From Eggerthellaceae bacterium (GTDB lineage: Bacteria > Actinomycetota > Coriobacteriia > Coriobacteriales > Eggerthellaceae), in assembly GCA_017440565.1 (NCBI GenBank), contig JAFSHA010000017.1, forward strand, positions 695 to 64,694: 64,000 bases of DNA. Reading direction: 5' to 3'. Positions within the stretch are counted from its first letter, which is position 1. Each line of letters starts with the position of its first letter. A program made the translations under genes and the position numbers. Shown here piece after piece: positions 47,069 through 54,586 of the stretch. The notes beneath the pieces are model-generated. The model ran no database searches and had not been told where the DNA came from. It saw nothing but the letters and a program-made list of their open reading frames with translations.

Positions 47069-47749
47069 CTAGGATGCAGCCTCGGCCTTGCGGTCGGCCG
47101 CGTGGCGCCACAGGCGCAGGGCCAGATAGGCCACGAACACAACCGAGTACACCGCGATGCCCACCATCGAGGACGCGCCGCCCGCAAGCGCCGAGGGCGC
47201 GAGCATGAACATGAGGTGCACGTAGGTGAGCAGGAAGAACGGGTAGGCCAAAAGCTGAACGCGCTTCCACGTGCGGGCGCGCATGTGCTTCTTCACGAAG
47301 TTGAAGGATGTAACGCCAAGCACGAGCAGCAGCGCGAACAGCACGAGGGCCACCGCGAACGACGCCATGACATGCCCTTCGAGCGAGCCCGAGAGGGCGC
47401 GCTGGCCGTAGGGCACGAGGTACATGCACATGTGACCCATGCACAGGATCCACGCGACGATGGACAGCTCGGCGCGAACCGAGCGCATGCGCAGGCCGAG
47501 CCTGGAGTCCTTCGGCAGCACGCCGATGAACATGACCACCGTAAACAGGGCGAGCGCCACCATGCAGCGACGCACGAGCAGGATGAGCGGCTTCCACCAG
47601 CCGCCGTCGATGACGTCGTACACGCCGGCGAACAGAACCGCCACCGCGACGACAGCCAGCACGTAGAACAGCCACGGCACTTTACGGATGGCGTCGGCCA
47701 GCGCCACGGAAAGCGCGGCGGTTACCGCCAGAATGAGTGCGAAGGTCAT
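47069..47749 (-). CDS. Six-to-seven-TM membrane protein resembling the ferric-reductase/MsrQ (YedZ) haem-b domain
   Basis: Trimmed to ATG 47747-47749 after GGGGAG, 8 nt after the chaperone stop. Intramembrane His in ILCMGHMCMY and LTYVHLMF. TSFNFVKKHMRARTWKRVQLLAYPFFLLTYVH parallels the MsrQ TS...W...Y......H pattern. Confidence 0.55.
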   Translation of the reverse strand: MTFALILAVTAALSVALADAIRKVPWLFYVLAVVAVAVLFAGVYDVIDGGWWKPLILLVRRCMVALALFTVVMFIGVLPKDSRLGLRMRSVRAELSIVAWILCMGHMCMYLVPYGQRALSGSLEGHVMASFAVALVLFALLLVLGVTSFNFVKKHMRARTWKRVQLLAYPFFLLTYVHLMFMLAPSALAGGASSMVGIAVYSVVFVAYLALRLWRHAADRKAEAAS

Positions 47750-47757
47750 TGTCTCCC

Positions 47758-48417
47758 CTATCTTGAGAGGGCTTGCTTGAGAAGGATGCCCGCAGCCTGG
47801 AAGAACGGGATGCGGGCGAGCTCGGCGAGCTGCCCGGCGAGCCACTCGGCGTACTCCGCGAAGTGCGTGGCGACGAACACGTCGTAGTCGCCCTCGACGA
47901 TCTGAGCGTTGGGCGGCGCCGCGACGGCGCGCGCGTTCACTAGGCAGAGGAACTTCAGGAACTCGCACACCGTGCCCACGTGGTCGACCGGGTCGTTCAC
48001 GTGCCCAGCCGAAAGGTCCTTTGCCACACCGCATCGCAGCATGAAGTGCTCGATCTCCACGGTGTCGCGCCCCACGAACAGCATGCCCTGCTGCCCGCGC
48101 TTCTCGGCCGCACGCACGCCGACGAAGGGCGTGATTGGCGGAAACTTCTCCCCAATGAAGAGATGGGTGTGCTCGCGACGAAGAGCATGGAAGACCTCAT
48201 CCGCATCGGATCCCTCATAGGGCAAAAGAAGGCTGCGAACCGCGCCCGTCACCTTGGGATCGCACCCAAGAGCACCGAAAGCCTCCTCGCAGGCGGCCGC
48301 GTACTCGCCGGCGGCGACGGCTTCGGCCAGCTCGCGCGTGGGCAGCAGAAACGCCAGGGACAGAAGCTCCCACGCCGTCGCGCGGCTCATCCACAGTTCG
48401 GGGGTGATTTCGTTCAT
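47758..48417 (-). CDS. TorD/DmsD-family chaperone (second copy)
   Basis: 219 aa. HTHLFIG, DPVDHVGTVCEFLKFL. Confidence 0.75.
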   Translation of the reverse strand: MNEITPELWMSRATAWELLSLAFLLPTRELAEAVAAGEYAAACEEAFGALGCDPKVTGAVRSLLLPYEGSDADEVFHALRREHTHLFIGEKFPPITPFVGVRAAEKRGQQGMLFVGRDTVEIEHFMLRCGVAKDLSAGHVNDPVDHVGTVCEFLKFLCLVNARAVAAPPNAQIVEGDYDVFVATHFAEYAEWLAGQLAELARIPFFQAAGILLKQALSR

Positions 48418-48443
48418 TTTCGGTTCCTCGCATTCATTGCAAA

Positions 48444-48470
48444 GGGGCTGGCGCCGCTAGCGCCAGCCCC
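48444..48470 (-). promoter_or_regulatory. Perfect 11-bp GC stem-loop between the FeS-subunit and chaperone genes
   Basis: GGGGCTGGCGC-5 nt-GCGCCAGCCCC. The minus strand follows with TTTGCAATG. Confidence 0.7.
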
Positions 48471-48493
48471 AAGTTTCAGCCTAAAGCAATTTC

Positions 48494-49120
48494 CTACTTC
48501 AGGAAGAAGACATTCGGGCCAGTTCCCTGGTCGGCCAGCAGCTGGTCGTACTCACGGGCAGCCAGCACCTTGGAGACCTCGGACTCGGGATCGTCCAGGT
48601 CGCCGAAATAGCGAGCCACTGCCGGGCAGAGGTCGGCGCACAAGGCACGCTCGCCGCGGTCAAGGCGCTCCACGCAGAAGGTGCACTTCTCCATAGTGGA
48701 AGGCTTGTGGTCGGGCACCGACCAGTCACCCATCTTGAAGTCAACGGGCCACGTAGGCTCCTCGGGAATGAGGGTACGCACGCCCTCGTACGGGCAGGCG
48801 GCAACGCAGGTCTCGCAACCGATGCACTTCTCAGCATCGATGAGAACCACGCCGTCAGCCTCGCGCTTGTACGCGGCGCCCGTCGGGCACACCTCGACGC
48901 AAGCAGGGTTATCGCAGTGCTGGCAAGCCAGCGTGTAGAACTTCATCACCACAGCGTCCGGGTAGGAGCCACCAGCCGTGCGGAAGTAATCGCCGCCCTC
49001 GGTAACGGCCCTGTTGTATGCGACGCCGTTGGGCAGGTTATGTTCGACGCGGCACGACATGGAGCACAGGTTGCAGCCCATGCAGCGCTTCGTGTCGATT
49101 GCCATCGCGTACTTAGTCAT
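48494..49120 (-). CDS. 4Fe-4S ferredoxin-type electron-transfer subunit (PsrB/NrfC/DmsB-like)
   Basis: CMGCNLCSMSC, CQHCDNPACVEVCP, CIGCETCVAACP, CTFC...C..CP. Confidence 0.9.
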   Translation of the reverse strand: MTKYAMAIDTKRCMGCNLCSMSCRVEHNLPNGVAYNRAVTEGGDYFRTAGGSYPDAVVMKFYTLACQHCDNPACVEVCPTGAAYKREADGVVLIDAEKCIGCETCVAACPYEGVRTLIPEEPTWPVDFKMGDWSVPDHKPSTMEKCTFCVERLDRGERALCADLCPAVARYFGDLDDPESEVSKVLAAREYDQLLADQGTGPNVFFLK

Positions 49121-49133
49121 CTCTCACGCCTCC

Positions 49134-51605
49134 CTAAATCTTCTCGACTTCGCAGATCCAGTCGTTGTAGTTCGAGTTGCTCGTAACCGGGTCGGGGCAC
49201 CAGCGGGTAAGCGCCTGCGCGAAGCCCTCGTCGAACTCGTCCCATGCGAAGCCGTGGGGCACCCAGACGGAGTCCTTGCGGATGCCCTCGGTAACCAGCG
49301 CCTTCAGCACGCACGTGCCGTTGTCGTTGTAGATGCGCACGGTGTCACCGGTCTTGATGCCGCGAGCGGCAGCGGCCTCGGTGTGGATGCGGCAGAACGG
49401 CTTGCCGTCGACGGTGCGGTAGTCGTCGAGCCACTGGTTGTGGATCCACAGGGACTGGCCGTGGTACAGGTCGTGGTTGGAGAAGCCGTAGAGCGGGTAC
49501 TTCTCGCGGTCCGGGTTGTCGGCGTAGGCCTCGATGGACTTCTTGTAGTACGGCAGGCGGTCCTGCAGCGGGAAGGTCTGGCCCCAGTTGTCACGCGGGG
49601 GCATGACCTCGAGGTAGAACTGGGTGCGGCCAAGGGCGTTGCTCTCCTGGCCCTGGTAGACGTTGATCTTGTAGTCGCCCATGATGACGCCGTTCTTGCT
49701 GTAGGCGTCGAAGCCGAGGCCGGCTTCGAGGTTCTCGGGGGTGTCGAGCATTGCGCGCAGATAGCCCTCGCCGTCCATGGGGAACAGGTCGGTCAGGCCG
49801 AGCTTGTTGGAAAGCTCGCGGATGATGTCGAAGTCAGCCTTGGCCTCGCCGATGGGCTCGATGGCCTTCTGGCCGTAGATGCCGCCCTGGGTGAACTCGA
49901 TGGATTCCCACGGCATGGCGGCGGGAAGCAGCAGGTCGGACCAGTGGGCGGAAGTGGTCATGATGGTGTCGACCGTGCAGATGAAGTCGATCTTCTCATA
50001 GGCCTCGAGCAGCTTCATCGGGCCGGAGAAGTTGTCGAGCGGGTTGCAGGTCTGGATGATGAGCACGCGGACCGGGTAGTCCTCGCCAGCCCACTTGCCG
50101 GTCTCCATGATCTCGACCAGGTAGTCGCCGGTGATGGTCTTGCAGGGCTTGGCGTCCTCGATGGCCAGGTTGGAGAGATCCAATTTGACGGGAGCCTTGA
50201 ACATGGTGGTGGTGGAGTGATCGAGGCTGATGCTGCCACGGTAGGAGCCGCCGGGGATGCCGACGCTGCCCGTGAGGGAGGCCAGAAGGGCCGCCGGGTA
50301 GTACACGCGCCAGGACTCGTAGGTGTGCTCGAGGCCGTAGTTGATGTAGTAGGTGGTGGGACCTTCGGTGGCACAGGTGCGCGCGAGGCGCTCGATCTGC
50401 TCGGCGGGGATGCCGCACTCCTCGGCTGCGAACTCAACGGTGAAAGGCGCGATGTTCTCAAGCGCAGCGTCAAAGACGGGGCGGACCTTGATGCCCTCGG
50501 CGTCGAAGGAGCCGCGGATGGCGGGGTTGGTGGACTCAGTGTGCAGGACGAAGTCCTGGGCATCCTCGTCCCAAACCAGCACGCCGTCGGCCTCGGAGCC
50601 GGCCTCGGCCTTGCCCAGGGTGGACAGGCGCAGATAAGCGCCGTTCTCGTCGATGAGCAGCGGGGCGACGGACTTGTTCTTCACGAACTCCCAATTGGCG
50701 AGATCGTTATCGACGATATAGTTCGCCATGGCGCACATGAGGGCCGAGTCGGTGCCGGTGCGTACGGGAACCCACTCGTCGGAATGGGCGGCGGTGGAGG
50801 TGTAGAGCGGATCGAGCGTGATGAGCTTGGCGCCGTTTTCCTCCTTGGCCTTGCTGATCCAATGCCACGCGCTGCGACAGAAGGACGCCTCGGCGGGGTT
50901 GGAGCCCCAGGAGAGGATGGTCTTGGCGTTGGCGATGTCCTCGAGCGCGTTGGTAGGGGTCTTCAACAGGATGAAGTTGAAGATGATACCCGCCATGTCG
51001 TCACCGACCGAAAGCATGGTGACGCCGAGCTTCTGGGCAAGGCGGGAGACGCCGAAGCCGCTCGAGAAGGATGTCGCGCTGTTCCAATAGATAACCGGCG
51101 CGTTGTTCAGGTACGAGTACATGTTGCCAGCACCAAGTTGCCAGCAGATGGACGGCGCGCCGTACTCGTCGATGGCAGCCTGCATCTTCTCAGCCAGCAT
51201 GTCGAGCGCCTCGTCCCAGGTGATGCGCTCCCACTCGCCGCTGCCGCGCTCGCCAACGCGCTTCATGGGATACTGAAGGCGGGCCGGGCCGTACAGACGC
51301 AGCGGATTGGTGACGCCCTTCATGCAGCCAACCTGCACGCCCTCATGCTCCTTGGGGAATACAAGCGGCATGGTGCTTACGATCTTGCCCTCGCGCACGG
51401 TGGCCTTAAGGGCGCACCTACCGCCGCAGTTGCCGCGGCAGGTGCTGATGTAGTACGACTCCTCGGGAGCGGGCGCGTTGTCGGCGGCGTCGCCGGACGT
51501 GTCGACGCTCGAGCAGCCAGCCGCCGAGGCGGCAGCCAGAGCGCCCGCAGCCAGAGCCGTGGTCGCAAGGAACGACCTTCGGGTCAGCTGTTTGGATTTC
51601 TCCAT
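49134..51605 (-). CDS. Molybdopterin (bis-PGD) oxidoreductase catalytic subunit, divergent DMSO-reductase-family member; Tat signal plus lipobox
   Basis: MEKSKQLTRRSFLATTALAAG...AAGC. FS0-type CRGNCGGRC...GC. 823 aa. It is clearly different from the DmsA paralog at 15390-17996. Confidence 0.85.
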   Translation of the reverse strand: MEKSKQLTRRSFLATTALAAGALAAASAAGCSSVDTSGDAADNAPAPEESYYISTCRGNCGGRCALKATVREGKIVSTMPLVFPKEHEGVQVGCMKGVTNPLRLYGPARLQYPMKRVGERGSGEWERITWDEALDMLAEKMQAAIDEYGAPSICWQLGAGNMYSYLNNAPVIYWNSATSFSSGFGVSRLAQKLGVTMLSVGDDMAGIIFNFILLKTPTNALEDIANAKTILSWGSNPAEASFCRSAWHWISKAKEENGAKLITLDPLYTSTAAHSDEWVPVRTGTDSALMCAMANYIVDNDLANWEFVKNKSVAPLLIDENGAYLRLSTLGKAEAGSEADGVLVWDEDAQDFVLHTESTNPAIRGSFDAEGIKVRPVFDAALENIAPFTVEFAAEECGIPAEQIERLARTCATEGPTTYYINYGLEHTYESWRVYYPAALLASLTGSVGIPGGSYRGSISLDHSTTTMFKAPVKLDLSNLAIEDAKPCKTITGDYLVEIMETGKWAGEDYPVRVLIIQTCNPLDNFSGPMKLLEAYEKIDFICTVDTIMTTSAHWSDLLLPAAMPWESIEFTQGGIYGQKAIEPIGEAKADFDIIRELSNKLGLTDLFPMDGEGYLRAMLDTPENLEAGLGFDAYSKNGVIMGDYKINVYQGQESNALGRTQFYLEVMPPRDNWGQTFPLQDRLPYYKKSIEAYADNPDREKYPLYGFSNHDLYHGQSLWIHNQWLDDYRTVDGKPFCRIHTEAAAARGIKTGDTVRIYNDNGTCVLKALVTEGIRKDSVWVPHGFAWDEFDEGFAQALTRWCPDPVTSNSNYNDWICEVEKI

Positions 51606-51740
51606 TCTCTCCTCCTTTTCCTATGCGGAGATGCGTCTGACGGGTCCGTCATTCGCCTCACCACACTCAGAGGGATCCTTGCCGCCACCCAAACGGGCTG
51701 CAAGGCCCTCCCCTCTCATTCGGGACCTCTCGACCCCTCA
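51606..51740 (-). promoter_or_regulatory. Highly structured 5' leader of the second reductase operon (candidate cis-regulatory RNA)
   Basis: Minus-strand elements: GGGGUC-GAGA-GGUCCC hairpin (51721-36); a 12-bp bulged hairpin GGAGGGCCUUGC...GCAAGG-AU-CCCUCU (51668-710); UGACG-GACC-CGUCA (51637-50); UCUCC can pair with the GGAGGAGA Shine-Dalgarno. Confidence 0.45.
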
Positions 51741-51762
51741 TGGCGCAGTATATCAAGCAATA

Positions 51763-51836
51763 CTAGGATTGAATAGGCTTAATCCGATATTAATACTGAG
51801 TAAGATAGGGTTAACTTGTAGGATTGTCTCAGGATT
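51763..51836 (-). promoter_or_regulatory. AT-richer promoter region with repeated CAATCCTA-type boxes
   Basis: Plus-strand TAGGATTG occurs at 51763-70 and 51818-25, and CAGGATTT at 51829-36. The same octamer recurs upstream of the nrfD-like gene. Confidence 0.4.
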
Positions 51837-52840
51837 TATCGCCCCATGCCGCGCTTCACCTCGTCGCCGAGCACGTCGCCGAAACCCTCGCTGAAGGAGC
51901 TGGGCACCACCACGGTGCCGCCGGTGTCGCGCACGCTCTCGTACAGCAGGTGCATCTGACGAAGGCGCAGCGCGGCATCGCCGCCGCCGTACACCTCCCC
52001 TATGTCGCCCACCATATCGGCGATGTCCTGCTCGGCCTCCATGAGGATGATGCGCGCCTTCCTGCGCTGCTCGGCCTGCGCCTCAAGGCTCATGGCGTCA
52101 CGCAGGTCGGGCGGCATCAGGATGTCGCGAATCTTCACCGACATCACGGCCACGCCCCATTCCGCCGCCACGTCCTCGAGCGCCTGCTTGATGTCCTCGT
52201 CAAGCTGCTCGCGGCGGATGGCCACCTCGGCCGCGGAAAGCCGGCCGATGGCATCGCGCAAGGCCGCCTGCGCGCTCAGGTCAACCGCGCGCGTAAAGTC
52301 GGCCACCTCGTTGCACGCCGCCTTCGCGTCGTACACCATCCACAGCAAAACGGCGCTCACGTCAAGCGGCACCAGGTCCGCCGTAAGCGTTTCCTCGGCT
52401 TCGATAGTGGTGGTGCGCACACGGCAGTCGACGCGCATGGCGTTCTGCTCAAAAAACGGAATGGTCCAGAAAATGCCCGGGCCACTCACGCGGTTGAACT
52501 TGCCCAGGCGCAGCACCACCACGCGTTCCCACTGCTGCGCGATATGCACGGTCATGGTGGCCAGCACCGCGAGAATGAACGACACCAGCGCACCCGCCAC
52601 GCCAAGCTTTCCCGTCGGCAGGATGCTCAGGCCCAAAAACGCCGCAAGCACCACCACGAACACGAGCGCGGAAAACAGGGGCACGCCCACGCTCGAGGAC
52701 CTCTCGCCCACCGGCTGGCTGGTATCAGCCGGCACCAGACGCGCCTTTCGCAAGGCGCCGCTTCCTACGCCGGGCACGCTCGCGACCATGGCAGCCGCCT
52801 CGTGGCCGCGCCTTCCGAAACCATGAGCCGAACGCGCCAT
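51836..52840 (-). CDS. SPFH/Band-7 (stomatin/prohibitin-like) membrane protein
   Basis: Trimmed to ATG 52838-52840 after GGAGG, 1 nt after the gntR stop. TM segments, then VVLRLGKFNRVSGPGIFWTIPF...AEQRRKARII. Confidence 0.85.
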   Translation of the reverse strand: MARSAHGFGRRGHEAAAMVASVPGVGSGALRKARLVPADTSQPVGERSSSVGVPLFSALVFVVVLAAFLGLSILPTGKLGVAGALVSFILAVLATMTVHIAQQWERVVVLRLGKFNRVSGPGIFWTIPFFEQNAMRVDCRVRTTTIEAEETLTADLVPLDVSAVLLWMVYDAKAACNEVADFTRAVDLSAQAALRDAIGRLSAAEVAIRREQLDEDIKQALEDVAAEWGVAVMSVKIRDILMPPDLRDAMSLEAQAEQRRKARIILMEAEQDIADMVGDIGEVYGGGDAALRLRQMHLLYESVRDTGGTVVVPSSFSEGFGDVLGDEVKRGMGR

Positions 52841-52841
52841 G

Positions 52842-53324
52842 CTAGGCCTCCTTCCGCGAATCATCCGCATCGCCTTCAGCACCTACCGCAATGATGTTCG
52901 TTCCCGGCACGCGCCTGGGCACCGATTCCATCATGCGCAGGTACTTCGCGCGCTGCGTCATGAGCGCCGCCGCATCCTCGAAGCCCACGCCCAGCTGCCG
53001 GCACGCGCGCAGGCAGTCGTCAAGGATAGCTTCGATGTCGCCCGACACATCCGCGTCGTTTTTCACCACGTCGGAAACGAACACGCCTTTCCCTCGCACG
53101 GAAACCACGTAGCCGTCTGACTGCAGGCTCAGATACGCCTTGTTCACCGTGTTGAAGTTGATGGAGATGTCGGCCGCCAACTCGCGAATCTTGGGAAGTT
53201 GATCGCCGGGCTTGAAGTACCCGGTCGAGATGAGATAGGCGATGCGCTTGCGCAGCTGCATCCACACCGCGACGTTCGAATCCTTGTCAACCTCGAAGGT
53301 AAAGCTTTTGGGATGCGATTCCAT
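52842..53324 (-). CDS. GntR-family transcriptional regulator, short (YtrA-like) type
   Basis: Trimmed to ATG 53322-53324 after AGGAGG. PGDQLPKIRELAADISINFNTVNKAYLSLQSDGYVVSVRGKGVFV. Only about 70 aa follow the wHTH. Confidence 0.85.
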   Translation of the reverse strand: MESHPKSFTFEVDKDSNVAVWMQLRKRIAYLISTGYFKPGDQLPKIRELAADISINFNTVNKAYLSLQSDGYVVSVRGKGVFVSDVVKNDADVSGDIEAILDDCLRACRQLGVGFEDAAALMTQRAKYLRMMESVPRRVPGTNIIAVGAEGDADDSRKEA

Positions 53325-53332
53325 TGTTCCTC

Positions 53333-54244
53333 CTAAAACCCCACAACGGGATGCATTCCCGCCATGACGACACAGTAACGAAGGCAAAATCCCCCGACGA
53401 AGGCGAAAAGAGCCGGTGCGAGGGCCTTGAGCGAATAAGGCGCAAGCGTGCGTTGAGAGCGAAGCAATGCAAGATCGAAGGCAAGCGGGACGGCGATGCC
53501 AAGAAGCGTGAAGCCCACCCACCAGGCGGCGGAGAGGTCACCCGAAAGAAGGCGGGCAGCCGAGGCTTGCGCCACCACGGCCGACCCGGTATCGGTTTGA
53601 AGGGCCACGAATACGAAGCCGACCGCGCACACCGCCTCGATAAGCAGGATCGCTCCGTCAAGCTGCACGAGCCTGCGCATCCAAGCGGAAAAGGCAGCTG
53701 AAAGGCCCAGCGCATTGCAAAGCGCCACGAAGGCAGACAGCGCGCACGAAGATGCCGAAGCCGCGAACAGGGCAACGAGCCACGGGGTGTTCCACAAGGG
53801 GACGGCAAACATGCTGGCCAAAAACAAGCCCGTGTACACCACGACAACGGCTCCAATAAGAGCCTCGAGTACAAGCAAGGCACGCATGAAGAGCACGCCT
53901 CGAGCGGGCTCGGGAGAGCGCCAACGTATGGCAAGGGCCAGACTGAGGAGGATGCCGGCGGCAATCGACCACGCGCCCAGAACAAGATAACCGGGATTCG
54001 GGGTGAGCACGAGGTATTTGAGCGCGGCCACGTTGCCGGCGTCGGCCATCAGGAACAACGCCGAGAGAAGCAGGCCGCCCGCACACGCCACAAATGACGC
54101 GCCCAGCAGACGCCGCTGCTCGAGAGCGAGACCCGCGCGAAGATAGCTGACGGGAATGCTCAGGGCGGAAGCAGCCGCGACCACGCACAAGCCACCGCTT
54201 AAACCACCCAGGAAAAGGTAGCAGATCACGGCAACGTCAAACAC
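53333..54244 (-). CDS. NrfD/PsrC-family polytopic membrane anchor
   Basis: GTG start after GGGAGGAGG. ICYLFLGGLSGG, VPLWNTPWL. About 8 TM, 303 aa. Confidence 0.75.
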   Translation of the reverse strand: MFDVAVICYLFLGGLSGGLCVVAAASALSIPVSYLRAGLALEQRRLLGASFVACAGGLLLSALFLMADAGNVAALKYLVLTPNPGYLVLGAWSIAAGILLSLALAIRWRSPEPARGVLFMRALLVLEALIGAVVVVYTGLFLASMFAVPLWNTPWLVALFAASASSCALSAFVALCNALGLSAAFSAWMRRLVQLDGAILLIEAVCAVGFVFVALQTDTGSAVVAQASAARLLSGDLSAAWWVGFTLLGIAVPLAFDLALLRSQRTLAPYSLKALAPALFAFVGGFCLRYCVVMAGMHPVVGF

Positions 54245-54263
54245 AAGCCACCTCCTCCCTCGA

Positions 54264-54310
54264 CAATCCTAAGCATAATAGGGGGATTGTAGCATTCTTT
54301 TCTTAGGATA
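54264..54310 (-). promoter_or_regulatory. Promoter region of the nrfD-like gene, with a CAATCCTA box and an 8-bp inverted repeat
   Basis: CAATCCTA at 54264-71. ATCCTAAG (54266-73) and CTTAGGAT (54302-09) are inverted repeats. Minus-strand TACAAT lies at 54287-92. Confidence 0.4.
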
Positions 54311-54545
54311 AGCCCTTCACACCGAGGCACCCTACGAAGTCGTGTTCAAAAAAGGACGTCGCCCTTCGGTTCGCGGTCGCGAGGCTACGAACACACTTCA
54401 TATCCAGGCGGCACGGGAGCAATCGATCGATGCCCCACGAACAACATGTCGGGCCCAGATGCCTTGCGCTCCGCAGCCGCAAACGCAGGGCTCTAGCCTT
54501 GAAAACACCTTCGCGCGCCCATTCAGCGAACCCTCAAAGTGCGCC

Positions 54546-54551
54546 TATAAT
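54546..54551 (+). promoter_or_regulatory. Candidate -10 box (TATAAT) for the 119-aa gene
   Basis: TATAAT 35 nt upstream of ATG 54587, with TTCAGC 18 nt further upstream. Confidence 0.3.
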
Positions 54552-54586
54552 AGACGAGACCGTCTGCATGACGAAAGGGAGGGGCA

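Noticed and set aside
46674-47675. 333-aa ORF spanning higB and running into the MsrQ-like gene region
   Set aside because: Only the last ~94-96 aa look like a protein (HigB). The upstream part is Arg/Ala/Gly-rich and overlaps, in another frame, the well-supported membrane-protein gene and its terminator.
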